Positions 10,164-20,379 are shown, numbered from the stretch's first letter. The stretch is DNA of 64,000 nt from Eubacteriales bacterium (GCA_045123975.1 JBGVKV010000071.1:15-64014), one strand, 5' to 3'. Translations and numbers: made by a program. Notes: generated by a model from the sequence alone, not told the origin.

Positions 10164-11408
10164 TTATTTCGTTCCGTTGAAAATATCCAATTGGCCCAGA
10201 TCCTCGAATTCCAGAATGTCGGAGAGAATGTAGTTGCTGACGAACATTCCACGGGGAGTCAGGGCGTACACGCCGTTTTTGTAGGTGGCAAAGCCGTTCT
10301 TCACGTAGGGTGCCATCTTCTTTCCGTACAGATCTTCAAAGGAGAAGCCGAACAGGCGGGCAAAATCCCGGCAGTTGAGTCCCTCGCGAAGGCGGAAACG
10401 GAGCATAATATACTCACCCAGCCGCTCGCGGGGAGACACGGTATCGTTCTGCTCCGTCAGGCGGATGGCGGCGCCGGGCATCTCGAGCCCGTTCATATAC
10501 CGATCCATATGGCGAAGGAAAGAGAACCGATTGCCCCGGAAGAAGGAGTGGGCGGCCACGCCCAATCCCAGATATTCCTCACAGTTCCAGTATTTCAGAT
10601 TGTGACGGCACATATAGCCCGGACGGGCAAAATTGGATACCTCATACTGGGCGTATCCGTTCTGGGCGAGAAATTCCACCGCCGCCAGATACATATCCGC
10701 CTCCTCGTCCTCCGAGGGGAAAGGCAGGGTATGCCGCTGTGCGAACAGTTTTGTGCCCGGCTCCAGGATCAGATCATAGAGGGAGATGTGCTCCGGCCCC
10801 ATCTTCACCACGTAGCGGAGAGTCTTCATCAGGCTTTCCTTCGTCTGGTAGGGAATGCCGAACATGAGATCCACGTTGATATTTTCAATCCGCGCACGTC
10901 GTGCGGCACGAAAGCTTTCGGCAAAATCCTGCCGCCGATGGATGCGGGAGAGCGCGGCCAATTCCTCGTTGTTGGCGCTCTGCAACCCCATACTGAGCCG
11001 GTTGACACCGGCACGGCGGAGCCGCTTCAGCATGGCGGTATTGACGGTGGCGGGATTGGCCTCCACGGTAAACTCCGCCCCTTTGGTAACGGTGAAATTC
11101 TTTCGCACCGCACGGATCAGCCGGACCAGCTGATCGGTGGGCAAAGTCGTGGGCGTGCCGCCGCCGATGAACACCGTATCCACGTAATATTCCTTTGTGC
11201 CCTGCCGGTACGACTGCATATGGGCGATCAGCGCGTTGACGTACCGCTGCACCAGCTCGTCGTTCTGGGGAACCATGGAATAAAAATCGCAGTAGGCACA
11301 CTTGGATCGGCAGAAGGGGATGTGCAGATAGAGTCCCAGCCGCCGCTTGTCGTAGCGGTCGTAGGTGGGATCCTGACTGAAGGTGTCGAACAGCTTTATC
11401 CCGGACAT
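10164..11408 (-). CDS. hemW: radical SAM heme chaperone HemW (HemN-like)
   Basis: HIPFCRSKCAYCDF (CxxxCxxC), 414 aa, AAGGAGG RBS. Lies downstream of lepA as in Bacillus. Confidence 0.85.
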   Translation of the reverse strand: MSGIKLFDTFSQDPTYDRYDKRRLGLYLHIPFCRSKCAYCDFYSMVPQNDELVQRYVNALIAHMQSYRQGTKEYYVDTVFIGGGTPTTLPTDQLVRLIRAVRKNFTVTKGAEFTVEANPATVNTAMLKRLRRAGVNRLSMGLQSANNEELAALSRIHRRQDFAESFRAARRARIENINVDLMFGIPYQTKESLMKTLRYVVKMGPEHISLYDLILEPGTKLFAQRHTLPFPSEDEEADMYLAAVEFLAQNGYAQYEVSNFARPGYMCRHNLKYWNCEEYLGLGVAAHSFFRGNRFSFLRHMDRYMNGLEMPGAAIRLTEQNDTVSPRERLGEYIMLRFRLREGLNCRDFARLFGFSFEDLYGKKMAPYVKNGFATYKNGVYALTPRGMFVSNYILSDILEFEDLGQLDIFNGTK

Positions 11409-11450
11409 ATACAGCCTCCTTTCGGGTATGGTTTTGGTGGGGTGCTTTTC

Positions 11451-11576
11451 GGGCTACGCGCCCGGACCCGCCACCTCCCCAAAAAGGTGGACCAAAACTT
11501 TTATGGAAAATCTTTTAAGGTTTTTGGGGGTGCGGACCCTTTTTGCAAAAAGGGTCTGCGTACTCCTCGCGTCCCC
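11451..11576 (+). repeat. dispersed repeat, full X-spacer-Y composite
   Basis: GGGCTACGCGCCCGGACCCGCCACCTCCCCAAAAAGGTGGACCAAAACTTTT ...TTTTTGGGGGTGCGGACCCTTTTTGCAAAAAGGGTCTGCGTACTCCTCGCGTCCCC. Fills the lepA-hemW intergenic gap. Confidence 0.85.
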
Positions 11577-13394
11577 TTAATTCTCGTCGTCCAGCTTGAG
11601 GACGGCCATGAACGCCTCCGGCGATACCTGCACGGAGCCCAGCTGGCGCATCTTCTTCTTGCCTTCCTTCTGCTTCTCGAGGAGCTTCTTCTTTCTCGTA
11701 ATATCGCCGCCGTAGCACTTGGCAAGCACGTCCTTACGGAGTGCCTTTACGGTCTCACGGGCAATAATCTTGGAGCCGATGGCGGCCTGGATCGGGATCT
11801 CGAAGAGCTGGCGGGGGATATTGTCCTTCAGCTTCTCCGCGATCTTGCGGGCACGGCCGTAGGCCTTTTCCCGATGGACGATGAAGGTCAAGGCGTCCAC
11901 CACCTCGCCGTTCAGCATGATATCCAATTTCACCAGATCGCTTCGCTGATAGCCTTCCAATTCGTAATCCAGGGAGGCGTATCCCTTGGTGCGGCTCTTC
12001 ATGGTGTCAAAGAAATCGTAGATGATCTCGTTCAGGGGAAGTTTGTAGTGCAATTCCGCACGGCCGTCGTCGATGTACTTCATATCGATGAACGTGCCGC
12101 GGCGATCCTGGCACAGCTCCATCACGTTGCCCACAAATTCCGTGGGGGTGATGATATTGGCGGCCACGATGGGCTCGGATGCGTATTCGATCAATTCCGG
12201 CGCCGGATAGTTGGAGGGATTGTCCACCCGCACCACCTCGCCGCCGTGGAGGGTAACCTCATAGATAACGGAGGGGGCGGTGGTAATCAGATCCAGATTG
12301 AACTCCCGCTCCAGTCGCTCCTCGATGATCTCCATATGGAGCAGGCCGAGGAATCCGCAGCGGAAGCCGAATCCCAAAGCAGCCGAGGTCTCCGGCTCGA
12401 AGATCAGCGCGGCGTCGTTGAGCTGCAGTTTTTCCAAAGCGTCCTTCGTTTCGCCGTAGCGGGCGCCGTCGGCGGGATAGATACCGGCGTACACCATGGG
12501 AAGCACGCTCTTGAAGCCGGGCAGCGGCTCCTCCACACCGCCCTCGGCGGTGGTGATGGTATCACCTACACGGGTGTCGGACACGTTCTTGATGGATGCG
12601 GTGATGTAGCCAACGTCGCCGGCGGCCAGGCAGTCTGCCTTGGTCAGACCGAAGGGAGCCATATGGCCCACCTCCACCACGTCGAAGGTGGCACCGGTGC
12701 TCATCAGGCGGATCTTATCACCGGGACGGACGGTGCCGTCCATTACGCGGACGTAGACCACAACGCCCAGATAGCTGTTGTACACGGAGTCGAAGATCAG
12801 GCAGCGCAGGGGCGCATTCTCATCGCCCTGGGGCGGGGGCACGTCCCGTACGATGGCGTCCATCACGGACTGAATATTCAGACCGGTCTTGGCGGACACC
12901 TGGGGACATCCCTCGGCGGGAATGCCGATGATATCCTCGATTTCGTGAATCACCCGATCGGGCTGGGCGGACGCCAGATCCACCTTATTGATGACGGGAA
13001 CGATTTCCAGATTGGCATCCACCGCCAGATAGGCGTTGCCCAGAGTCTGGGCCTGGATGCCCTGGGTAGCGTCCACCACCAAAAGCGCTCCCTCACAGGC
13101 GTTGAGGGAACGGGACACCTCGTAATTGAAGTCCACGTGACCGGGGGTGTCGATCAGATTCAGATGGTACACCTCTCCGTCGGGAGCCTTGTATTCGATA
13201 CGGACGGCGCGGGCCTTGATGGTAATGCCACGCTCCTTTTCCAGATCCATATTGTCCAGCAGCTGTTCTTCCATATCCCGCTTTTCCACGGTGTTGGAAA
13301 ATTCCAGAATACGGTCCGCCAAAGTGGACTTACCGTGGTCAATGTGGGCAATAATGGAAAAATTTCGTATGTGACTCAAGCGTTCGCTCGCCAT
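11577..13394 (-). CDS. lepA: elongation factor 4 (LepA)
   Basis: ORF 11577..13934 trimmed to the ATG at 13394. [36 protein letters not shown]; 605 aa. Confidence 0.9.
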   Translation of the reverse strand: MASERLSHIRNFSIIAHIDHGKSTLADRILEFSNTVEKRDMEEQLLDNMDLEKERGITIKARAVRIEYKAPDGEVYHLNLIDTPGHVDFNYEVSRSLNACEGALLVVDATQGIQAQTLGNAYLAVDANLEIVPVINKVDLASAQPDRVIHEIEDIIGIPAEGCPQVSAKTGLNIQSVMDAIVRDVPPPQGDENAPLRCLIFDSVYNSYLGVVVYVRVMDGTVRPGDKIRLMSTGATFDVVEVGHMAPFGLTKADCLAAGDVGYITASIKNVSDTRVGDTITTAEGGVEEPLPGFKSVLPMVYAGIYPADGARYGETKDALEKLQLNDAALIFEPETSAALGFGFRCGFLGLLHMEIIEERLEREFNLDLITTAPSVIYEVTLHGGEVVRVDNPSNYPAPELIEYASEPIVAANIITPTEFVGNVMELCQDRRGTFIDMKYIDDGRAELHYKLPLNEIIYDFFDTMKSRTKGYASLDYELEGYQRSDLVKLDIMLNGEVVDALTFIVHREKAYGRARKIAEKLKDNIPRQLFEIPIQAAIGSKIIARETVKALRKDVLAKCYGGDITRKKKLLEKQKEGKKKMRQLGSVQVSPEAFMAVLKLDDEN

Positions 13395-13515
13395 GTTGTT
13401 CCAGCCTTTCGATACTTTATCATCGTATATTATAGCAGAACTTGCCCAAAATGAAAAGAGGAAATTACGGATTTGCCCCCATTCGGGGGAAAGTTTTTTC
13501 GATAGGGTATGAATT

Positions 13516-13959
13516 ATGAAAAAAATACGGATGATGGCGGCTTCTTTCGCCGTCCTGTTGGGAATGATCGGCGCCTCGATCCCCGCAAAAGCGGCGGATT
13601 TTCTCCCGCAAACGGAATTGAACCGGGCAGAGGAGTACGCGCTGGCCCGCTTTTGCGCGGCGGAATGCGAGGGGGAGCCCTTTATCTGCCACTTGTCCGT
13701 GGCGGCGGTGATGCTGAATCGGTTAAGTGATCCCCGTTTTCCCGATACGGTGACGGGCATCCTTTCCGACGGAGGATACAAAGCCGCCCCGGTGAGGAAA
13801 ACGGATCTGGCATCCGCCCGCTGGGCGGTGCGGGTGGTACAGATGGGCGTGGATCCCACGGACGGATCCCTGTGGTGGGCCCACACGGATACCGCCGAGG
13901 CGGCGGATCTGATCCCCAAGTTGACCGTAGGCAAGCGGGTTTTTGGGGTGCGAGGATGA
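13516..13959 (+). CDS. secreted cell-wall hydrolase (SleB/CwlJ Hydrolase_2 domain)
   Basis: Signal peptide [26 protein letters not shown]. Contains AECEGEP...[18 protein letters not shown]...GGY, typical of the SleB catalytic domain. Confidence 0.7.
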   Translation: MKKIRMMAASFAVLLGMIGASIPAKAADFLPQTELNRAEEYALARFCAAECEGEPFICHLSVAAVMLNRLSDPRFPDTVTGILSDGGYKAAPVRKTDLASARWAVRVVQMGVDPTDGSLWWAHTDTAEAADLIPKLTVGKRVFGVRG

Positions 13960-14030
13960 GGGGGCGAGGGGGAAGAACGCGGACCCTTTTTGCAAAAAGG
14001 GTCCGCACCCCCAAAAATCTTTCATAGAAG
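13960..14030 (-). repeat. dispersed repeat, module Y copy
   Basis: GCGGACCCTTTTTGCAAAAAGGGTCCGCACCCCCAAAAATC. The outer arm TTTTTGGGGTGCG (13940-13952) lies in the last codons of the upstream CDS. Confidence 0.8.
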
Positions 14031-14063
14031 GGGATTTTCATCCCCTCTTTTGTTAATTTTTTG

Positions 14064-14092
14064 TTGTAATCCCCGCACGCTTGTGTTATAAT
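14064..14092 (+). promoter_or_regulatory. sigma-A type promoter of asnS (TTGTAA-17-TATAAT, TG-extended)
   Basis: TTGTAA at 14064-14069 and TGTTATAAT ending at 14092. Lies 70 nt upstream of the ATG. Confidence 0.5.
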
Positions 14093-14161
14093 AAGGAATA
14101 ATGGAAGTTTTTCTATACATTTCCTGCGATTTTATCGCAATCTATACACACGAGGTCAATT

Positions 14162-15553
14162 ATGGATCTGATCAACATTCGGCAGTTATTCCGTGAAAGT
14201 GAAAAATTTGACGGTCAGGAAATCACCGTCGGCGGCTGGGTAAAGAACAACCGCGCCTCCAAGAATTTCGGCTTCCTCGTCATCAGCGACGGCACCTTCT
14301 TTGAGCCGCTGCAGATCGTGTACGGAGAAGAGCTCTCCAACTTTGCGGAGCTGTCCAAGTTGAACGTGGGCACCGCTGTGGTTGTCCGCGGTAAGATCGT
14401 TCTTACCCCCGATGCCAAGCAGAAATTGGAAATGCAGGCCATCGAGGCAACGGTAGAGGGCCCCTCTACGCCCGATTATCCCCTTCAGAAGAAGCGCCAC
14501 TCCGCGGAATTCCTTCGCACCATTACCCACCTCCGCCCCAGAACCAATCTGTTCCAGGCGGTATTCCGCATCCGCTCTCTGGCGGCTCACGCCATCCACC
14601 AGTTCTTCCAGGATCGGGATTTTGTGTACGTGCACACTCCGCTGATCACCGGCAGTGACTGCGAGGGCGCCGGCGAGATGTTCCAGGTAACCACACTGGA
14701 TCCCGTTAATTTGCCCAAGGGTGAGAACGGTGAGGTGGATTACGCCCAGGACTTCTTCGGCAAGAAGACCTCTCTGACCGTATCCGGCCAGCTGAACGGC
14801 GAGACCTTCGCCATGGCGTTCAAGAACATCTATACCTTCGGCCCCACCTTCCGTGCCGAGAACTCCAACACCACCCGCCACGCGGCTGAGTTCTGGATGA
14901 TCGAGCCCGAGATCGCTTTCGCCGATCTTGCGGACGATATGGAACTGGCCGAGGATATGATCAAGTACATCATTTCCTACGTGCTGGCCAAGGCTCCCGA
15001 GGAGATGGCGTTCCTCAACCAGTTTGTGGACACCGGCCTGTTGGAGAGACTGAATCACGTAGTGAACAGCGACTTCGGCCGCGTTACCTACACCGAGGCC
15101 ATCAAGCTGCTGGAAGAACACAACGACGAGTTCGACTATAAGGTATCCTGGGGATGTGATCTGCAGACCGAGCACGAGAGATACCTGACGGAGCAGATCT
15201 TCCGTCGTCCCGTATTCGTAACGGACTATCCGAAGGAGATCAAGGCCTTCTATATGAAATTGAATCCCGACGGAAAGACCGTGGCCGCTATGGACTGTCT
15301 GGTGCCCGGCATCGGCGAGATCATCGGCGGTTCCCAGCGTGAGGACGATTTCGATAAGCTGGCTTCCCGTATGGACGAATTGGGCCTGAACCGTGAGGAC
15401 TACGGATTCTATCTGGATCTGCGCCGCTACGGCTCCGCCCGTCACGCAGGCTTCGGCTTGGGCTTTGAGAGATGCGTAATGTATTTGACCGGTGTGTCCA
15501 ACATCCGCGACGTACTTCCCTTCCCGCGTACCGTCGGCACCTGCGAGCTGTAA
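14162..15553 (+). CDS. asnS: asparagine--tRNA ligase
   Basis: 463 aa. N-terminal OB fold followed by a class IIb core: [21 protein letters not shown] and [12 protein letters not shown]. Confidence 0.9.
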   Translation: MDLINIRQLFRESEKFDGQEITVGGWVKNNRASKNFGFLVISDGTFFEPLQIVYGEELSNFAELSKLNVGTAVVVRGKIVLTPDAKQKLEMQAIEATVEGPSTPDYPLQKKRHSAEFLRTITHLRPRTNLFQAVFRIRSLAAHAIHQFFQDRDFVYVHTPLITGSDCEGAGEMFQVTTLDPVNLPKGENGEVDYAQDFFGKKTSLTVSGQLNGETFAMAFKNIYTFGPTFRAENSNTTRHAAEFWMIEPEIAFADLADDMELAEDMIKYIISYVLAKAPEEMAFLNQFVDTGLLERLNHVVNSDFGRVTYTEAIKLLEEHNDEFDYKVSWGCDLQTEHERYLTEQIFRRPVFVTDYPKEIKAFYMKLNPDGKTVAAMDCLVPGIGEIIGGSQREDDFDKLASRMDELGLNREDYGFYLDLRRYGSARHAGFGLGFERCVMYLTGVSNIRDVLPFPRTVGTCEL

Positions 15554-15568
15554 AATTATACCTACACC

Positions 15569-15603
15569 GAAAGGGCGCGCCGCCGGGCATGCCCTTTCTT
15601 TTG
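15569..15603 (+). terminator. terminator of asnS
   Basis: GAAAGGGC...GCCCTTTC + TTTT. Confidence 0.6.
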
Positions 15604-15610
15604 TGAATTG

Positions 15611-15664
15611 TAAAGTTTTCGTCCACCTTTTTCAAAAGGTGGCGGGGCGCGGGCGCGCAGCCCG
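15611..15664 (-). repeat. dispersed repeat, module X copy
   Basis: AAAGTTTTCGTCCACCTTTTTCAAAAGGTGGCGGGGCGCGGGCGCGCAGCCCG, the reverse orientation of X. Confidence 0.8.
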
Positions 15665-15688
15665 TATCCCCCCCACAAGGAGCACATA

Positions 15689-16207
15689 ATGAAAAACATA
15701 TCCCTCAAGATCACCTCGAAAATGGATGAGGATCGGGTGCCGCCCCGCTGCGGCAATCTGAAGATCTCCCAGGCCGAGGAGGACAGCATACTGAATTCCG
15801 TGGAAGACGCTCTTCCCGAGAACGACGAAGTCGAAGCGGAGGTGTTCTTCACCGAGGCGGTGATGGATATTTCCTCCACGGGAATCTTCACCATCCGCTA
15901 TGAGGAAAGCGAGCTCTCCGGCATGGTGGGCACCACCACCGAGCTGATCTTCTCAAAAAATGAGCCCTCCCTCGTCACCCTTCGCCGTACCGGCACGGTG
16001 CGGTGCGCCATCGTGATGGAGGAGCACCGCCAGCACTCCGGTGTGTACCAAACACCCGTGATGCCCCTGGATCTAACGGTGACCACCCATTCTCTCACGA
16101 ACACCATCACGGAGGATGGCGGTGTGCTGGACGCCTATTATTCCATCCGCTTCGGTACCGTCACCACCACCCGCACCCGACTGAAGGTGGAAGTTACGGT
16201 GCGGTAA
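15689..16207 (+). CDS. DUF1934 (YwiB-like beta-barrel) protein
   Basis: 172 aa with an AAGGAG RBS. The alternating beta-strand pattern (FTIRYEESE..., TTELIFSKNEPSLVTLRRTG, LDAYYSIRFG) recalls DUF1934. The family call is from memory. Confidence 0.5.
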   Translation: MKNISLKITSKMDEDRVPPRCGNLKISQAEEDSILNSVEDALPENDEVEAEVFFTEAVMDISSTGIFTIRYEESELSGMVGTTTELIFSKNEPSLVTLRRTGTVRCAIVMEEHRQHSGVYQTPVMPLDLTVTTHSLTNTITEDGGVLDAYYSIRFGTVTTTRTRLKVEVTVR

Positions 16208-16244
16208 ATCGACAGCACGCAAAAACACCTCAACACCTTTTATC

Positions 16245-16304
16245 AAAGATTTTTGGGGGTGCGGACCCTTTTTGCAAAAAGGGTCTGCATAAATCGCGTC
16301 CCCT
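16245..16304 (+). repeat. dispersed repeat, module Y copy
   Basis: AAGATTTTTGGGGGTGCGGACCCTTTTTGCAAAAAGGGTCTGCATAAATCGCGTCCCC. Confidence 0.8.
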
Positions 16305-16323
16305 CAAAAGGAAAGGAGCCGCT

Positions 16324-17394
16324 ATGACAGAAAGTGAATTTCGCGATCTTCTGAAACAGAATATATCGGGCGGATTCCTTTTTTGGGGGGATGAGGATTA
16401 CCTGAAAAATCACTACCGCAAGGAGTTGTCAAAGGCTGTCCTGGCGGAGTGCCCGCCGGATCTGTACGATTTCAACCACATCCGACTCACCCTGGAGGAC
16501 GGGGATTTTTCCGCCCTCACCACCGCTTTGTCCTCTCTGCCTATGTTTTCGGAGAAAAAGGTGGTGGAGATATCGCCCCCCGATATGAGCAGCTGGCGGG
16601 AATCGGAGAGAAAAGCGCTTCTGGACGCTGTATCCGGCATCGCCGATTCCCCCGACACGGTCCTGGTGCTGATTGCGGCACGGGGCACTTTGGACCCCGG
16701 CACGCGGAAAAAGCCCAATCCCTTTTTCCGCGCGCTGACGAAGATTCTCACCCCCGTGGAATTTCCCTACCAGACCGGCGTCCGTCTGCACCGCTGGGTG
16801 GAGCGCCATTTCGCCCAGGCGGAGCTGACTCTGCCCGAGGAGGCCATGGCCACCCTGCTTGCCCGTTGTCCCCAGGACATGACCGGCTTGTCCGGCGAGA
16901 TCGAGAAGCTGATCGCCTACTGTCTCGGAAACGGTATCCAAGTGATCACGCCGGAGACCGTTATCCACGTCACCGCACCCGCTCTGCGGGAGGATGCGTT
17001 TGCCCTCGCCAACGCCGTTCTGGCCGGCGATCGCACCGCGGCTCTTTCTGCACTGGACGTGTGCCGCAAGCAAAAGGAGGAGCCCATCGTGGTTCTTGCG
17101 TCCCTTGCCCGGGTGATGAGCGATCTGCTCACCGTATCGGTGATGGTGGACGGCGGCGCCGACAAGGCGGAGATCGCACGCTCCCTGAAAATGCACGAAT
17201 ACAAGGCATCCCTCTACATCAAGAGCGCCAAGGGATTCGGCACGCCCCGGCTGGCCGCTTCTCTGAAGCGGTGCCGCGATGCGGATCGAATGATGAAATC
17301 CTCCTACGGCGGGGGATATCTGCCGCTGGAGCGGCTGATCTGCACCATGCCTCAGGGCGGCAAGAGTGCCCCCAAGGGAGGCCGATACGTATGA
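16324..17394 (+). CDS. holA: DNA polymerase III subunit delta
   Basis: ORF 16003.. trimmed to the ATG at 16324 (AAAGGAG RBS), 356 aa. The delta-like N-terminus reads FLFWGDEDYLKNHY. Confidence 0.7.
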   Translation: MTESEFRDLLKQNISGGFLFWGDEDYLKNHYRKELSKAVLAECPPDLYDFNHIRLTLEDGDFSALTTALSSLPMFSEKKVVEISPPDMSSWRESERKALLDAVSGIADSPDTVLVLIAARGTLDPGTRKKPNPFFRALTKILTPVEFPYQTGVRLHRWVERHFAQAELTLPEEAMATLLARCPQDMTGLSGEIEKLIAYCLGNGIQVITPETVIHVTAPALREDAFALANAVLAGDRTAALSALDVCRKQKEEPIVVLASLARVMSDLLTVSVMVDGGADKAEIARSLKMHEYKASLYIKSAKGFGTPRLAASLKRCRDADRMMKSSYGGGYLPLERLICTMPQGGKSAPKGGRYV

Positions 17395-18002
17395 GCAAAG
17401 ATAAACTGCATATTCCCTATCCCGTCATCGTGGAGGGCAAGTACGACAAGATCCGTCTGTCGAACGTGATCGACGGCGTGATCCTCACCACGGCGGGATT
17501 CGGCGTGTTCAATCATAAAGAAAAGCTGGCACTGATACGGAAGCTCTCCGAGCCCGGCGGCGTGATCGTCCTGACGGACAGCGACGGTGCCGGCAAGGTG
17601 ATCCGCTCCCACATCACCTCCGCCCTCCCGAAGGAGAAGGTGCATCATTTGTACATTCCCCAGATCAAGGGAAAAGAAAAGCGGAAATCCGCTCCCTCCA
17701 AGGAGGGCACGCTCGGCGTGGAGGGTATGAGCGACTCCCTTCTGCGGGATCTGTTTGCTCCCTTCGCGGCTGATTCCCCCGTACCGATTCGCCGCGGCGG
17801 CATCACCAAAGCGGATCTTTACGCCCTCTCTCTGACGGGCGTAGACGGTGCCACGGAAAACCGAAACCGGATCGCCGTCCTTCTGGGACTGCCGAAGGAT
17901 ATGACCCCCGGCGCCTTTTTGGACGCGATCAATATTTTATACGACAAAGATTCCTTCACCGAGCTGGTGGAGGGCCATCGCACACAGGAGGAGCCCCAGT
18001 GA
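17391..18002 (+). CDS. Toprim-domain protein (RNase M5-like / DUF4093-like)
   Basis: ATGA overlap with holA. Toprim signature IVEGKYDKIRL...VLTDSDGAGKVIR; 203 aa. Confidence 0.65.
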   Translation: MSKDKLHIPYPVIVEGKYDKIRLSNVIDGVILTTAGFGVFNHKEKLALIRKLSEPGGVIVLTDSDGAGKVIRSHITSALPKEKVHHLYIPQIKGKEKRKSAPSKEGTLGVEGMSDSLLRDLFAPFAADSPVPIRRGGITKADLYALSLTGVDGATENRNRIAVLLGLPKDMTPGAFLDAINILYDKDSFTELVEGHRTQEEPQ

Positions 18003-18481
18003 AAGCCTTACTTGAAAAATACCGGGAGATCCTTCTGTATCTGATCTTCGGTGTCTTGACCACAGCGGTATCCTTCGCCGTATATTTCCTGCTGTTTAAC
18101 GGAGGCGTGGCCCTCCTTGGCGAAGCCTATGCGTGGCACGTCCGGGTGGCCGCCCAGATTCTGCAGTGGGTGGCCGGCGTGCTGTTTGCCTTCTTCACCA
18201 ATAAAAAATACGTGTTCGGCGACCGTAACACGGAAGCCCGCCATATGTGGCGAAAGCTCTGGGAGTTTTCCCTTTCCCGTGTGGCCACGCTGCTTTTGGA
18301 CACCGTCCTCACCTTCGGTGTGGTGGCACTGCTGGGCTATCTCTCCTACGAAGCCGTCCCGCTGCCTGTTGTAAATATCCCCCTCAGCGCGGATCTGATC
18401 GCCAAGTGCGTAGCCGCCCTGTTCGTCATCGTGGGAAATTACCTGATCAGCAAGCTGCTTGTGTTCAGGAAAACCCACTGA
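17999..18481 (+). CDS. GtrA-family membrane protein
   Basis: GTG start overlaps the preceding stop (GTGA). 160 aa with 4 hydrophobic helices in a GtrA-like layout. Confidence 0.65.
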   Translation: MKALLEKYREILLYLIFGVLTTAVSFAVYFLLFNGGVALLGEAYAWHVRVAAQILQWVAGVLFAFFTNKKYVFGDRNTEARHMWRKLWEFSLSRVATLLLDTVLTFGVVALLGYLSYEAVPLPVVNIPLSADLIAKCVAALFVIVGNYLISKLLVFRKTH

Positions 18482-18504
18482 AATCCTCATTCGGAGTAAC
18501 ACAT

Positions 18505-20379
18505 ATGTACGATATTATTGTCATCGGCGCGGGCCACGCGGGCTGCGAAGCCGCCCTGGCCGCTGCCCGTATGGGATGCAAAACCGCTCTGTTTACTTTG
18601 TCCCTGGATGCGGTGGCCAATCTGCCCTGCAATCCCTCCGTGGGCGGCACCGCCAAGGGACATCTGGTCTATGAGATCGACGCCCTGGGCGGCGAGATGG
18701 GCTTTGCGGCCGACGCGGCCACCATCCAATCCCGCACTCTGAATACGGGCAAGGGTGCGGCCGTCCGCTCCAAGCGGGTACAGGCAGACCGAAATCTGTA
18801 CACCACCCATATGAAGCGGGTGCTGGAGGATCAGCCCAATCTCTATCTGATCCAGGCGGAAGTCACCGATATTCTCACCGAAGAATTGCCCGACGGACGA
18901 CGGATCGTCCGCGGCGTTATGGCCTGCCCCGGCGGCGAGTTTTCAGCCCGGGCGGTGATCATCTCCACCGGTACGTATCTGGCGGGACACACCCACGTGG
19001 GCACGGTGCAAAGAGAATCCGGCCCCGACAATTCTTTGCCGGCGGCCTTTCTGTCCGCGTCTCTCCGGGCGGCAGGATTGCCCCTACAGCGGTTCAAGAC
19101 GGGCACACCGCCCCGCATTCACCGCCGCTCCATCGATTTTGACGAGTTGGAGATCCATCCCGGCGACGACTACATCGTCCCCTTCTCCCGCCGCACCGAC
19201 GAGGCGGCACTCAATCGGATCACCCAGATCCCCTGCCACATTACCTACACCAACGAGGAAACCCACCGGATCATTCACGAAAATATCCATCTGTCCCCCA
19301 TGTATTCGGGGCAGATCCACGGCACGGGCCCCCGTTATTGCCCCTCCATCGAGGATAAGATCGTCCGCTTCGCCGAAAAGCCCCGTCATCAGCTCTTCGT
19401 GGAGCCTATGGGACTTTCCACGGACGAGATCTATCTGCAGGGATTTTCCTCCTCCTTGCCGGCGGAGGTACAGTACCGTATGCTTCGATCCCTGAAGGGA
19501 TTCCATCACGCGGAGATCATGCGCTATGCCTACGCCATCGAGTACGACTGCATCGATCCCACCGCACTTCTTCCCACCCTGGAAACGAAAGCGGTGGAGA
19601 ATCTGTACGGCGCAGGCCAGTTCAACGGCACCTCCGGCTACGAGGAGGCCGCCGCCCAGGGACTGATCGCCGCTATCAACGCCTGCGGCAAGCTGCAGGG
19701 ACGACAGCCCCTGATCCTCTCCCGATCTTCCTCCTACATCGGCGTGCTGATTGACGATCTGGTGACCAAGGGCACCGCCGAGCCCTACCGTATGATGACC
19801 TCCCGCTCCGAATTCCGCCTGCTGCTCCGACAGGATAACGCGGAGGAGCGGCTGATCGAGCACGGACGGGAATGCGGGCTGATCAGCGAGGATCGGTACA
19901 GAGAATTTCTCACCCACCGGCAAACCGTGGAAACGGAAAAATCCCGCCTGGCAAGAACACACGTTCGCCCCATCCCCGCAGTAAACGATATTCTCACGGG
20001 AGCGGGCTCCACGCCCTTGTCCACCGGGGCATCCATGGCGGATCTTTTGCGCCGTCCCCAGATCACCTACGACATTCTCACCCCTCTGGATCCCGACCGG
20101 CCGGATCTGCACCGCCGGGAGAGTGATGCGGTGGAGACGGAAATCAAATACGAAGGCTACGTCCGCCGACAGGAGGATGCGGCCCGCCGTATGCGGAAGA
20201 TGGACGACGTGCCGCTGTCCCCCGATCTGGATTATTCCGCCATTGCGGGACTCCGCACCGAGGCCGCCCAAAAGCTCTCGGCCGTACGTCCTTTGAATAT
20301 CGGACAGGCACAGCGTATCTCCGGCGTAAACCCCGCCGATATCACGGTTCTGATGATCTATTTGGGACAGAAGAAATAA
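18505..20379 (+). CDS. mnmG: tRNA uridine 5-carboxymethylaminomethyl modification enzyme MnmG
   Basis: ORF trimmed to the ATG at 18505 (GGAG RBS). YDIIVIGAGHAGCEAALAAARMG; 624 aa. Confidence 0.9.
   Translation: MYDIIVIGAGHAGCEAALAAARMGCKTALFTLSLDAVANLPCNPSVGGTAKGHLVYEIDALGGEMGFAADAATIQSRTLNTGKGAAVRSKRVQADRNLYTTHMKRVLEDQPNLYLIQAEVTDILTEELPDGRRIVRGVMACPGGEFSARAVIISTGTYLAGHTHVGTVQRESGPDNSLPAAFLSASLRAAGLPLQRFKTGTPPRIHRRSIDFDELEIHPGDDYIVPFSRRTDEAALNRITQIPCHITYTNEETHRIIHENIHLSPMYSGQIHGTGPRYCPSIEDKIVRFAEKPRHQLFVEPMGLSTDEIYLQGFSSSLPAEVQYRMLRSLKGFHHAEIMRYAYAIEYDCIDPTALLPTLETKAVENLYGAGQFNGTSGYEEAAAQGLIAAINACGKLQGRQPLILSRSSSYIGVLIDDLVTKGTAEPYRMMTSRSEFRLLLRQDNAEERLIEHGRECGLISEDRYREFLTHRQTVETEKSRLARTHVRPIPAVNDILTGAGSTPLSTGASMADLLRRPQITYDILTPLDPDRPDLHRRESDAVETEIKYEGYVRRQEDAARRMRKMDDVPLSPDLDYSAIAGLRTEAAQKLSAVRPLNIGQAQRISGVNPADITVLMIYLGQKK

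Noticed and set aside
10191-13454. Very long ORFs antisense to real genes. Examples: + 10191..13454 (1087 aa), + 57..1835, - 5874..7694, + 27259..29433, + 37134..39716, + 42819..44432, - 48443..49783, - 50041..51387, - 51913..53535, - 53532..54878, - 56953..58386, - 58561..61077, - 33666..35282.
   Set aside because: These are shadow ORFs, typical of high-GC DNA. Their translations are low-complexity (Gly/Arg/His/Val/Leu-rich) with no motifs, and the opposite strand encodes proteins with unmistakable family signatures.
11577-13934. N-terminal extensions of track ORFs: lepA 785 aa, gyrB 731 aa, mnmG 710 aa, dxs 630 aa, thrS 689 aa, holA 463 aa, the Toprim gene 517 aa and others.
   Set aside because: The extensions run through upstream repeats or neighbouring genes, lack RBSs and are not homologous-looking. 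Internal ATG/TTG/GTG starts with good Shine-Dalgarno sequences restore the canonical N-termini.
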